A DNA stretch of 43,677 nt from a virus, in IMG/VR virus record IMGVR_UViG_3300045988_057586, positions 1-43,677 of that record. The stretch is one strand, 5' to 3'. The translations under genes and the position numbers were made by a program. Positions 8,428-17,578 of the stretch are shown in pieces. The notes below the pieces were generated by a model, which worked only from the letters and a program-made list of their open reading frames with translations, was not told the DNA's origin and searched no databases. Position 1 is the stretch's first letter, and every line of letters starts with the position of its first letter.

Positions 8428-9449
8428 CAGAAAAATTGATCGACCGATTGCTGGATGTGTATATACAGTCAGACAGCGACCTGCAGATTGTCAAGAGTCA
8501 GCTGGAGATCATTCTGTATGATTACGATGTCCGCCCAAAGGAAACAGCGATCGTGCCCTATGGCAAAACGCGCAATGAGGTGCTGATGAAGCGATTTGCA
8601 GTCGCCAAGGCGGTTGCGGGTCGCAGTCCGCGCACGATAGAGGTTTATCTGCAAGCTGTGGGGCTGTTCCTGCGCACAATCCAGAAAAATGCGGACGAGG
8701 TGCGCAGCGAGGATATACAGGTGTATATCGCTCAACTGATGACCAAAGGACGAACGAAGACATACTGCAATGACGTTAGACGGTTTCTGTCCAGCTTCTA
8801 CACCTATTTGACTAAAGAAGAGATTATAACCAGAAATCCGATAGATCGCGTGGAAGCTATTAAGTGCAAGCGCAGAAAAGAGCCGGCGTTTACTGATATG
8901 GAAGTTGAGCGAATGCGTGTAGCTTGCAGAACGTCATTTGAAACAGCAATAATCGAAACGCTGCTGTCTACCGGATGCCGCGCCGCAGAGGTGTGTGCAA
9001 TCCGAAAGGACGACATCAACGGCGATAAAATTACTGTGACCGGTAAAGGCGACAAGGTGCGGACGGTATACCTGAGTGCAAGAGCTCTTGTTGCGATTAA
9101 TGCATATCTCAAGGAACGCAGCGACAACAACGAATATCTGTTTCCGAGGCGCATTACGAAGCCATCACGCAAGGAGGCTTGGTTTCGGAATCCGGATATG
9201 GTCGCAGAGGGGCATTTCTCACGCGAAAGCGTGAATTGCTTGTGTAAGCGCGTTGCTGAAAGGGCGGGCGTTCAGGGCGCTCATGCACACCGTTTTCGCC
9301 GGACTTGTGCAACATTTGCTCTGCGGCGTGGTATGCCGATCGAAATGGTTTCCATGATGCTCGGGCATGAAGAACTCTCCACGACACAGATTTACTTAGA
9401 TGTGCGAGAGAGCGATCTTCAGATCGCACACGAAAAATACGTTTTTTGA
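8403..9449 (+). CDS. Tyrosine recombinase (XerC/D-like), second of three in the genome
   Basis: Catalytic residues TGCRAAE, HAHRFRRTCAT and LGHEELSTTQIYLDV (R..HxxR..Y). N-terminal SAM-like core-binding domain. Confidence 0.85.
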   Translation: MGDDDVQLTEKLIDRLLDVYIQSDSDLQIVKSQLEIILYDYDVRPKETAIVPYGKTRNEVLMKRFAVAKAVAGRSPRTIEVYLQAVGLFLRTIQKNADEVRSEDIQVYIAQLMTKGRTKTYCNDVRRFLSSFYTYLTKEEIITRNPIDRVEAIKCKRRKEPAFTDMEVERMRVACRTSFETAIIETLLSTGCRAAEVCAIRKDDINGDKITVTGKGDKVRTVYLSARALVAINAYLKERSDNNEYLFPRRITKPSRKEAWFRNPDMVAEGHFSRESVNCLCKRVAERAGVQGAHAHRFRRTCATFALRRGMPIEMVSMMLGHEELSTTQIYLDVRESDLQIAHEKYVF

Positions 9450-9459
9450 GGTGATAACC

Positions 9460-9786
9460 GTGAAAACCGATGAACTGATTATGGCTTTGCAGAAACTGAA
9501 AGTCCAGACCGGCTCTCTGGCCTGCCTCGGCTGCGGGCATGAGCACAACTGCGGCGTGCATGGCTGCGCGATCGCGCGAGAGGCTGCGGTGCGGCTGAGC
9601 CTGTATGAACACGCGCTGAAACAGGTGACGAAGGAGCGTGATGCAGCGGTCAAACAGCTGCGTCGCATGGCTGACTGTGATACCTGCAAGCATGATCACC
9701 CGTGCGGCATGGATGGCGATCCGTGTACTGCATGTACGACCGGCCAGTGTTGGGAATGGAACGGAGGCGCGCCATGTACATTCTGA
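9460..9786 (+). CDS. Cys/His-rich hypothetical protein
   Basis: GTG 9460 lies 6 nt after GAGGTGAT. Contains CLGCGHEHNCGVHGC and CDTCKHDHPCG..CTAC motifs. Confidence 0.6.
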   Translation: MKTDELIMALQKLKVQTGSLACLGCGHEHNCGVHGCAIAREAAVRLSLYEHALKQVTKERDAAVKQLRRMADCDTCKHDHPCGMDGDPCTACTTGQCWEWNGGAPCTF

Positions 9787-10064
9787 CTGGTGACAAGAAG
9801 CAGATCATCAACTCGGATTTCGTGGAGCGCTTTTGCATCTCGGAAAAGCCGGATGCGGCGCTCATCGTCGCAAGCTATGACAAGAACGCCAAGGTAGTAA
9901 CTGTGGCGCGGTATCGTGATCTGCGGGAAGCGCAAAAGGTGCTGGGCGAACTGCTCTGCGCCATCGCAGGCGGACAGGCGTATTACACCATGCCGGAAAG
10001 CCTGCTGTATGCGGAGCAGCACATCAGCAAAGATGCACGCATCAAGCGGAAAGGCGGCAGCTGA
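9774..10064 (+). CDS. Hypothetical protein
   Basis: ATG 9774 (MYILTGDKK...) overlaps the previous gene's end. 96 aa. Confidence 0.6.
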   Translation: MYILTGDKKQIINSDFVERFCISEKPDAALIVASYDKNAKVVTVARYRDLREAQKVLGELLCAIAGGQAYYTMPESLLYAEQHISKDARIKRKGGS

Positions 10065-10066
10065 TT

Positions 10067-10306
10067 ATGACCGATAGAGAACTGATACTGCTGCACGACC
10101 TGCTTGAAGATTTGGAAACAGACGAGGGCGTGTGCTACAAGACCCGAAGCAGCACCTGCGCCACGGCCTGCCCGCTGTCATACGCCGGTGCCTTTGGTGA
10201 TAACATTTGCCTGCCGTCTGTCCTCGGTCGCCGGGTAACACGGATGATCCGGGATAAGCAGCTGCGTGAAAGAGAAAAGGGAGGAGTAACTCATGGCAAA
10301 GACTAA
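10067..10306 (+). CDS. Hypothetical protein
   Basis: 79-aa ORF in the early operon. Confidence 0.55.
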   Translation: MTDRELILLHDLLEDLETDEGVCYKTRSSTCATACPLSYAGAFGDNICLPSVLGRRVTRMIRDKQLREREKGGVTHGKD

Positions 10307-10670
10307 GAACAAGCGCCTCGGAAAGCCGCGAGGCATGAACTACGCCGATATGCTGGCGCGAAAGCGCATGATCCGTGAGGCAGTACAGGAGGCGGCGGAC
10401 GATGCCACCGTGCAGCTGCGTGCGGATATGGCAACCCAGAAAGCACTCTGGCTGGCGGTCTGCTCGGTGGCCGATGCCTACGGTTTCGGACCGGAGCGCA
10501 TGAAGAAGTTCTTTATTGCACTCCAGGAAAACAACGACGAGATCACGCGCATGGGGAAAGAAGTCGATACCGACTATGCCTATGAAAAGCTGCGGCTCAA
10601 GGCCGAGCGTGTAACCGGTATGAAGATCGAGTATCTGTATGAGCATGAAGCACAGGATTATGAGGGCTGA
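10293..10670 (+). CDS. Hypothetical protein
   Basis: 125-aa ORF with GGGAGGAG upstream of the ATG. Confidence 0.65.
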   Translation: MAKTKNKRLGKPRGMNYADMLARKRMIREAVQEAADDATVQLRADMATQKALWLAVCSVADAYGFGPERMKKFFIALQENNDEITRMGKEVDTDYAYEKLRLKAERVTGMKIEYLYEHEAQDYEG

Positions 10671-10672
10671 TT

Positions 10673-12640
10673 ATGGCAAAGATTATGGCTGTTGATATAG
10701 AAACCTATTCCGGCGTTGATCTGGTCGCTTCCGGTGTCCGCCCGTACAGTGAGGCGGACGACTTTGAGATTCTGCTCATTGCTTATAAGGTGGACGATGA
10801 GCCGACACGAGTGCTGGATCTGGCTGGCGGCGATAAGCTGCCTGATGCTACGGAATTTACCGCGTTGCTGTTGAATCCGAATGTGCTCAAGACTGCCTAC
10901 AATGCAGCATTTGAGCGCACCTGTCTGGCTCGATGGTTCCGGTCGCCGATGCCGCCGGAGCAGTGGAGCTGCACCATGGTGCTGGCCTCCAATCTCGGTC
11001 TGCCGGGTACACTGGCCGGAGCTGGTGCCGCATTGGGACTGGACAAGCAGAAGATGACTGAGGGCAAGGAGCTGATTCAGTATTTCTGCAAGCCGTGCCG
11101 ACCGACCAAGGCCAACGGCGGCCGTACCCGCAATCTTCCGAGTGATGCACCGGAAAAGTGGGAGCTGTTCAAGAAATACAATATCCGCGATGTTGATGTT
11201 GAGGTGGACATTCGGCAGCGGCTTTCCGGCTTTTTCATTCCGGAGGCCGAACGGCTGGCATGGCAGCATGACCAGCATATCAATGACTTGGGCGTTCGCG
11301 TGGATCAGGTGCTCATGCGCCAGGCGCAGGAGCTTAGCAATCAGTACAATACCCGCTTGATGGACGAGGCCAAAGACCTTACCGGATTGGATAATCCCAA
11401 GAGCGCGCCGCAGGTCAAGCGCTGGCTGCTGGAACACGAGGGCATTGAGGTGCCGAGCCTCAACAAAGAAGCCATGCCGGAGCTGATGCAGCAGGTGAAA
11501 AGTCCGGAGGCACGCCGTATGCTGACAATCCGGTCGGAGCTGTCTAAGACATCTGTCACCAAGTATGAGGCGATGGAGCGTGGTCTGTGCCATGATGGCC
11601 GAGTGCATAATCTGCTCCAGTTTTACGGAGCCAACCGCACCGGTCGCTGGGCGGGCCGCTTGGTACAGGTACAAAACCTGCCGCAGAACAAGCTCAAGGA
11701 CCTCGAACTGGCGCGTGAGCTGGTACGGGACGGTGAGTTTGAACTGTTGGAAATGGCGTTTGGTTCGCCGCCGTTCGTCCTGTCGCAACTGATCCGCACG
11801 ACCTTTATCCCGTCCGAGGGCTGCCGCTTTATCGTTGCCGATTACAGCGCCATTGAGGCGCGTGTAATTGCGTGGCTGGCGGGTGAGCCGTGGGTACTGG
11901 AAGAATTCAAGGGCGACGGCTTGATCTATGAGGCAACCGCCGCGATGATGTTTCACAAGGTCAAGAACGACATTAAGAAGGGCGGCCCGCACGCGGATCT
12001 TCGTCCGAAAGGCAAAGTCGCTACACTGGCCTGCGGCTATCAGGGCGGTGTCGGCGCGCTGAAACGCATGGGCGCTCTGGAAAGTGGTATCCCAGAGGAA
12101 GAACTTCCGGGCATCGTCAATCGCTGGCGGCGTGCCAATCCGCATATTGTTCGGTTCTGGTATGATGTCGAGAACGCCGCGATCCGTGCGGTACAGGGCG
12201 AGCGGGTGGCGCTCAGACACGGCCTCAAGTTCTTCTGTGAACGAGGGTACCTGTTCATTCAGCTGCCGTCCGGCCGTAGACTGGCATATTTTCAGCCGCG
12301 CTTAGAGCCGGAACCGAAGTTCAATAAAGAGGGAATCACCTACATGGGCGTCGATCAGGAGAAGAAAACATGGTCGCGCCAGAAGACTTACGGCGGAAAA
12401 CTGGTAGAGAACATTGTGCAGGCAACGGCGCGTGACTGCCTGCGTGATACCATGCAGGCACTGTGGAAAGTTGGCTACGAGATTGTGTTTCATGTCCACG
12501 ATGAGGTTATCATCGACGCACCTAAGGGGCAGGGCTCCTTGGAAGATGTTCTGGAGATTATGGGCCACAGTCCGCGCTGGGCGTTCGGCCTGCCGCTCAA
12601 AGCAGCCGGTTTTGAAGCGCCGTTTTACATGAAGGACTAA
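10673..12640 (+). CDS. Family A DNA polymerase with 3'-5' exonuclease domain
   Basis: Exo I motif AVDIETYS. Pol motif A DYSAIEARVIAWL, motif B RPKGKVATLACGYQGG, motif C VHDEVIID. Confidence 0.95.
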   Translation: MAKIMAVDIETYSGVDLVASGVRPYSEADDFEILLIAYKVDDEPTRVLDLAGGDKLPDATEFTALLLNPNVLKTAYNAAFERTCLARWFRSPMPPEQWSCTMVLASNLGLPGTLAGAGAALGLDKQKMTEGKELIQYFCKPCRPTKANGGRTRNLPSDAPEKWELFKKYNIRDVDVEVDIRQRLSGFFIPEAERLAWQHDQHINDLGVRVDQVLMRQAQELSNQYNTRLMDEAKDLTGLDNPKSAPQVKRWLLEHEGIEVPSLNKEAMPELMQQVKSPEARRMLTIRSELSKTSVTKYEAMERGLCHDGRVHNLLQFYGANRTGRWAGRLVQVQNLPQNKLKDLELARELVRDGEFELLEMAFGSPPFVLSQLIRTTFIPSEGCRFIVADYSAIEARVIAWLAGEPWVLEEFKGDGLIYEATAAMMFHKVKNDIKKGGPHADLRPKGKVATLACGYQGGVGALKRMGALESGIPEEELPGIVNRWRRANPHIVRFWYDVENAAIRAVQGERVALRHGLKFFCERGYLFIQLPSGRRLAYFQPRLEPEPKFNKEGITYMGVDQEKKTWSRQKTYGGKLVENIVQATARDCLRDTMQALWKVGYEIVFHVHDEVIIDAPKGQGSLEDVLEIMGHSPRWAFGLPLKAAGFEAPFYMKD

Positions 12641-12651
12641 GGAGGGATTAT

Positions 12652-15057
12652 GTGAAAGTGCAATATGATGGTCCTGTTACGTTGGCGGTCGGTTCGTCCC
12701 GTACCGCCGCGCACTGGAAGAACAAGACCATGCAGTGGAGTGCATTTCTGGACACAATCCAGACTACTACGCAGACCCGCGAAACGCTGGCCGAGTATCT
12801 GAAGCTGCCGAAAAGCAAGCAGGATGCTATCAAGGACGTTGGCGGTTTTGTAGGCGGCTGGCTCAAGCAGGGACGGCGTAAGGCGGAGAACCTGGAGCAC
12901 CGTTCCATGCTCACGCTGGACGCTGACTTTGCCACGATGGATCTGTTGGAAAGCCTGTCTATGTTTTATGGCTGCGCTGCCGCTGTCTATTCGACCCATA
13001 AGCACTGCATGGACACACCGCGCCTGCGCCTGATCGTGCCGCTGACCCGGCAGCTGTCTGGTGACGAATATCAGGCGGTTGCCCGCATGCTGGCGAACGA
13101 CCTGGGTATGGACCTGTTTGACGATACGACCTATCAGCCGACCCGCCTTATGTACTGGCCGAGCACTCCGGTCGATCAGCAGTATTACTTTGACTGTACA
13201 GATGGCCCGTGGCTGAATCCGGACACGCTGCTGGCGCGGTATCCGGACTGGCGAGATACGTCTTACTGGCCGGAGAGCAGTCGTGCAGCCAATGTTCGGC
13301 ACACGGCGGCAAAGCATCAGGGTGACCCGACTGCAAAGCCGGGTGTCGTGGGTGCGTTCTGCCGTACTTATAATGTAGAGCAGGCGATCGAACGCTTTCT
13401 GCCGGATCGCTATACCGCCTGTGAAATGGAAGGGCGCTACACCTACGTTGGCGGCTCGACCTCGGCCGGACTGGTTATCTATGACGGCGGTCTGTTTGCC
13501 TATTCCAATCACGCGACCGATCCGGTCAGCGGCCGGCTGTGCAATGCTTTCGACCTGGTTCGTTTGCATCTGTACGGAGAACAGGACAGCGAGGCCGCCG
13601 AGGGTACGCCGGTGAATAAGCTGCCGTCCTATGCGGCTATGGTCGAGCTGGCACGCACGGACGAGGCCGTCAAGCTGACCAGTGCCCGCGAACGGCTTGA
13701 CCAGGCACGCGGCGACTTCGATATTCCAGATGAGGGTCAAGCTGATGATACATGGATTGCGCAGTTGGAAGTGGACAAGCGCGGTGTTCCGATGCAGACC
13801 ATTCAGAACGCCTATATTATCCTCTCGAACGATCCACTGCTGAAAGGCACCCTGGCCTATAACTGTTTCAAAGACCGTATCGTCGCCATTCAGAATCTGC
13901 CGTGGAAAGAGGTGCAGGACACCGTGAACGGCGATGCATGGACGGATGCCGACGACAGCGAACTCCGCCGGTACATGGAGCTGGCATATCGCATTACCGG
14001 TAAGGAGCGCATCATGGACGCAGTGAGCGGCGTTGCCCGCGCCAACACGATCCACCCCGTTCGCAGCTTTCTCAAGGGGCTGGAGTGGGACGGTGTAGAG
14101 CGACTGGACACGCTGCTGATTGATTATCTGGGCGCCGAAGATACGCCGTACATTCGCGCAGTTACTCGTAAGGCATTCACAGCTGCGGTAGCGCGTATCG
14201 TGAACCCAGGCTGTAAATTCGACTATGTGCTCACACTGGCCGGTCCGCAGGGACGAGGCAAGTCCACGCTCATCAATAAAATGTCGTGCGGGTGGTATAC
14301 GGACAGCTTGGCAGGTATCGGCACCAAGGAAGCCTACGAGGGTATTCAGGGCTTCTGGCTTGTGGAGCTGGGAGAACTGGCAGCCATGAAGAAGACAGAG
14401 ATTGAAGTCACAAAGAACTTTATCTCTAAGCAGGTGGACAGCTACCGCGCACCATACGGTCGCCGCGTAGAGGATCACAAGCGTCAGTGTGTCTTTTTCG
14501 GCACAACCAACAGTGCGGCGTTTCTCCGTGACGATACCGGCAACCGCCGTTTCTGGCCGGTACGTCTGGGCGATGAGCCGCCGGCGCGAACTGTTTGGAA
14601 TGACCTGACGACTGATATTATCCATCAGCTGTGGGCGGAAGCGGTCATTCGCTACGAAGAGGGCGAGTTGCTGACTTTGACCGGCGAGCTGGAAGCCGCA
14701 GCCTGTGAGCAGCAGCGCGAGTTTACAGAGGACGACCCGCGTGCCGGTGAAGTCCAGCTGTATCTTGACCGCTTGCTGCCGGAGGACTGGGAGGACAGGG
14801 ACAAGCTGGATCGCCGTGCTTGGCTTTCAGATGATTTCGGGACCGCCGAGGGCACGAAGCCTCGCATGACTGTATGCGTGGCCGAAGTCTGGAATGAATG
14901 TTTCAAGAGCGACATCGAGCGGTTGTCCAGGCAGGATAGTCAGGCGGTAGCAGCTATTTTACGACGTATCCCTGGCTGGGTCGAGGAAAAAGGACGGCAG
15001 CGCTGCGGTATCTACGGACTTCAAAAGCGTTTTCGTCGCGTAGATGTAGACCTGTGA
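12652..15057 (+). CDS. DNA primase / VirE-family P-loop helicase
   Basis: 801 aa. Walker A motif GPQGRGKST in the C-terminal half. Synteny after PolA in the DUF2800/DUF2815 module. Confidence 0.9.
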   Translation: MKVQYDGPVTLAVGSSRTAAHWKNKTMQWSAFLDTIQTTTQTRETLAEYLKLPKSKQDAIKDVGGFVGGWLKQGRRKAENLEHRSMLTLDADFATMDLLESLSMFYGCAAAVYSTHKHCMDTPRLRLIVPLTRQLSGDEYQAVARMLANDLGMDLFDDTTYQPTRLMYWPSTPVDQQYYFDCTDGPWLNPDTLLARYPDWRDTSYWPESSRAANVRHTAAKHQGDPTAKPGVVGAFCRTYNVEQAIERFLPDRYTACEMEGRYTYVGGSTSAGLVIYDGGLFAYSNHATDPVSGRLCNAFDLVRLHLYGEQDSEAAEGTPVNKLPSYAAMVELARTDEAVKLTSARERLDQARGDFDIPDEGQADDTWIAQLEVDKRGVPMQTIQNAYIILSNDPLLKGTLAYNCFKDRIVAIQNLPWKEVQDTVNGDAWTDADDSELRRYMELAYRITGKERIMDAVSGVARANTIHPVRSFLKGLEWDGVERLDTLLIDYLGAEDTPYIRAVTRKAFTAAVARIVNPGCKFDYVLTLAGPQGRGKSTLINKMSCGWYTDSLAGIGTKEAYEGIQGFWLVELGELAAMKKTEIEVTKNFISKQVDSYRAPYGRRVEDHKRQCVFFGTTNSAAFLRDDTGNRRFWPVRLGDEPPARTVWNDLTTDIIHQLWAEAVIRYEEGELLTLTGELEAAACEQQREFTEDDPRAGEVQLYLDRLLPEDWEDRDKLDRRAWLSDDFGTAEGTKPRMTVCVAEVWNECFKSDIERLSRQDSQAVAAILRRIPGWVEEKGRQRCGIYGLQKRFRRVDVDL

Positions 15058-15327
15058 TGTATCACAACGACCGCTGAAGAACCGCATTTTGTATCAGAAT
15101 GTAACACAATCACAAAATCTTATGTATCACTTGTATCAAGACTGTAACAAGTGATGTGATACACAAAAAAGGTAGACAGCGTCTATGCTTTTCGGTATCT
15201 GTATCACTTGTATCATATAAATTCTCTGGAAGTATAAAAGTAGTATATAGAGAGTATGAGCGCCCGCATAGCACGCCCGCGTAGGCGTATAAGGGCAACA
15301 AGTGATACAGTGATACATGAGATACAC
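15054..15327. repeat. Non-coding iteron module B (paralogue of 29..278)
   Basis: TGTATCA(C) at 15058, 15090, 15123, 15132, 15200 and 15210. GTGATACA at 15156, 15302 and 15310, and GAGATACA at 15320. Shares the 38-bp and 19-bp exact blocks with module A. Confidence 0.85.
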
Positions 15328-15337
15328 AGGAGGCTAT

Positions 15338-15631
15338 ATGGAAAAAGACATCGAAAGCTATCTGCGTAAGCGGGTAACGGCAGCAGGCGGCCTCGCGTTG
15401 AAATTGGTTTGCCCCGGATTTACCGGAGTCCCGGATCGGCTTATCCTTTTCTCCGGCGGCCGTGTCTGCTTCGCGGAGTTAAAGGACACCGGGCAGAAAC
15501 CGCGCAAACGGCAGCTGCGTGTACATGGTATGCTGCGGGATCTTGGCTTTACAGTTTATGTTCCCGACAGCAAGGCCGCCGTTGACAAGATGATGGAGGA
15601 GGTGGTGCCGAATGAAGTTCATACCCCATGA
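15338..15631 (+). CDS. VRR-NUC domain nuclease
   Basis: GVPDRLILF...CFAELK (PD..ExK) motif. ATG follows AGGAGG. Confidence 0.85.
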   Translation: MEKDIESYLRKRVTAAGGLALKLVCPGFTGVPDRLILFSGGRVCFAELKDTGQKPRKRQLRVHGMLRDLGFTVYVPDSKAAVDKMMEEVVPNEVHTP

Positions 15632-15728
15632 GTACCAGAAGTTCTGCGAGGACTTCCTGATGGACAAGCCCGCAGCAGGTCTTTTACTGGATATGGGCTT
15701 AGGCCCAGCAAGACGGTTATCACGCTGA
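15612..15728 (+). pseudogene. N-terminal 38 codons of the SNF2 helicase, out of frame with the rest
   Basis: Encodes MKFIPHEYQKFCEDFLMDKPAAGLLLDMGLG, then the frame is lost. The downstream frame continues SKTVITLTAAA. Confidence 0.6.
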
Positions 15729-15745
15729 CCGCTGCTGCAGGCTGG

Positions 15746-16999
15746 TTGTACGACCGGTTTGAAGTCAACAAGGTTCTGGTGGTGGCGCCGCTTCGTGTGG
15801 CGGAGGACACATGGACCAAGGAAAGCGCAAAGTGGGATCACTTGCAGGGGCTTCGCGTGGTTCGCGTTCTGGGTAGTCAGGCGCAGCGGATCTGTGCCTT
15901 GGAAACCGATGCCGATATTTATTGCATCAACCGAGAGAATATCCCGTGGCTGGTAAAGTATTACGGCACAGACTGGCCGTTTGACGGCGTGGTTCTGGAC
16001 GAGCTTTCCAGTTTCAAGAGCCCAAGTTCCAAGCGGTTCAAGGCGATGCGTAAGGTGCGGCCGCTTATCAAGCATATTGTCGGCCTGACCGGCACACCCA
16101 GTCCGAACGGCTTGATTGACCTGTGGGCGCAGATCTATCTGCTGGATCAGGGCAAGCGCTTGGGCCGAACGCTGACAGAATACCGCAACCGTTATTTCAA
16201 TCCCGGTCGCCGCAATGGGTATGTTGTTTATGACTGGGTACCGAAGGTCGGAGCAGAGGACGAGATATACCGCCGTATTTCCGATATTTGCATCAGTATG
16301 AAAGCCTGTGATTATCTGAAACTGCCCGAGCGGGTTGACGTAGTTCGCACTGTCAAGTTGGATAATGAAGCACAGACAGTCTATACCGAAATGGAAAAAG
16401 AGGCCGTGCTGGAACTTGGACCAAACGAGATAGTCGATGCCGGTACCGCCGCTGTGGTTTCGGGCAAACTGCTGCAAATTGCAAACGGCGCGGTGTATGA
16501 CGAAGATGGGAAAACTCATATCATTCACGAGTCCAAATTGGACACCTTGGAAGATGTGATAGAAGCTGTCAACGGTCGGCCGGTGCTGGTGTTCTATGCG
16601 TATCAACACGATTTGGAGCGAATCGTGCAGCGGTTTCCGCAGGCACGCAAGCTGGAGGGCTCAGCGGAGATTGATGCGTGGAACCGTGGAGAAATACCGA
16701 TTCTGCTGGCGCATCCTGCCGGAGCTGGTCATGGACTTAACCTGCAAGCGGGAGGAAACCATATCGTGTGGTTCGGTCTGACCTGGTCGCTGGAGCTGTA
16801 TCAGCAGGCGAATGCCCGCATTTATCGGCAGGGTGTAAAGGGTGAACGGGTTACTATTACGCATTTGGTAGCCGAGGGCACTATCGACGAAGATGTTATG
16901 CGAGTGTTGGACGGCAAAGCGACCCGGCAAGATGCTTTGCTGGAAGCCGTTAAGGCTCGTGTAGAGAAATACCAATTGAACGGAAAGGAGATCACATGA
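15746..16999 (+). CDS. SNF2-family helicase (main body; frame is open from 15632)
   Basis: Contains VLDELSSFK (DExx box), TGTP and helicase C motifs (LLAHPAGAGHGLNLQ, QQANARIYRQG). Confidence 0.9.
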   Translation: MYDRFEVNKVLVVAPLRVAEDTWTKESAKWDHLQGLRVVRVLGSQAQRICALETDADIYCINRENIPWLVKYYGTDWPFDGVVLDELSSFKSPSSKRFKAMRKVRPLIKHIVGLTGTPSPNGLIDLWAQIYLLDQGKRLGRTLTEYRNRYFNPGRRNGYVVYDWVPKVGAEDEIYRRISDICISMKACDYLKLPERVDVVRTVKLDNEAQTVYTEMEKEAVLELGPNEIVDAGTAAVVSGKLLQIANGAVYDEDGKTHIIHESKLDTLEDVIEAVNGRPVLVFYAYQHDLERIVQRFPQARKLEGSAEIDAWNRGEIPILLAHPAGAGHGLNLQAGGNHIVWFGLTWSLELYQQANARIYRQGVKGERVTITHLVAEGTIDEDVMRVLDGKATRQDALLEAVKARVEKYQLNGKEIT

Positions 17000-17403
17000 C
17001 GACGAAAGAATGGCTGAACCGCGGGTGGGCACTCGACCGCGAGATCACGGCCCTTGAGGGTGCCAAGCGCCGGGCGTATGACCGCTGCGTGTCCGGTGTG
17101 GCATCGGTGAGCGGTGCACCGGGAGGCGGCGGAGCGTCAGACGGCGGCCTGAGCCGCTACGCCGATTTTGCGGCCCAGTTGGACACGCAGATCGACAAAC
17201 TGGTTGCCATCAAGCAGGAGATTGCGGACGTTATCGCGCAGGTGCCGGACACGACCCTGCGGACACTTCTCACAAAGCGGTACTTAAACTTTGAGAAGTG
17301 GGAGAAAATCGCGGTTGACCTAAATTATTCGTGGCGGCAGGTTATGCGCCTGCACGGTCAGGCGTTGCGCGCTGCGGAGCCGCTTATCGCAAACATGGCA
17401 TAG
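16996..17403 (+). CDS. DUF1492-like / sigma-70 region-4-like late transcriptional regulator
   Basis: C-terminal sequence LLTKRYLNFEKWEKIAVDLNYSWRQVMRLHGQAL. Positioned directly upstream of terS, as in many Firmicute phages. Confidence 0.7.
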   Translation: MTTKEWLNRGWALDREITALEGAKRRAYDRCVSGVASVSGAPGGGGASDGGLSRYADFAAQLDTQIDKLVAIKQEIADVIAQVPDTTLRTLLTKRYLNFEKWEKIAVDLNYSWRQVMRLHGQALRAAEPLIANMA

Positions 17404-17519
17404 GATGTCATGGTATGTCATATTGTTCCGTGCTATACTGGTATCATGAAGTTCAGCGGAGATGAAACCAAGGCTCCGCGTTTCTCCTGCTTCATAGCAT
17501 TGGAAACACCTCCGGAAGA

Positions 17520-17546
17520 GCACTCTTGGAAACAAGGGTGCTTTTT
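17520..17546 (+). terminator. Intrinsic terminator in the leader upstream of terS
   Basis: GCACTCTTG-GAAA-CAAGGGTGC stem (9 bp, one G.U pair) followed by TTTTT. Confidence 0.65.
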
Positions 17547-17578
17547 CGTGCCCGGAATTCAGAAAGGACGGTGAGCGC

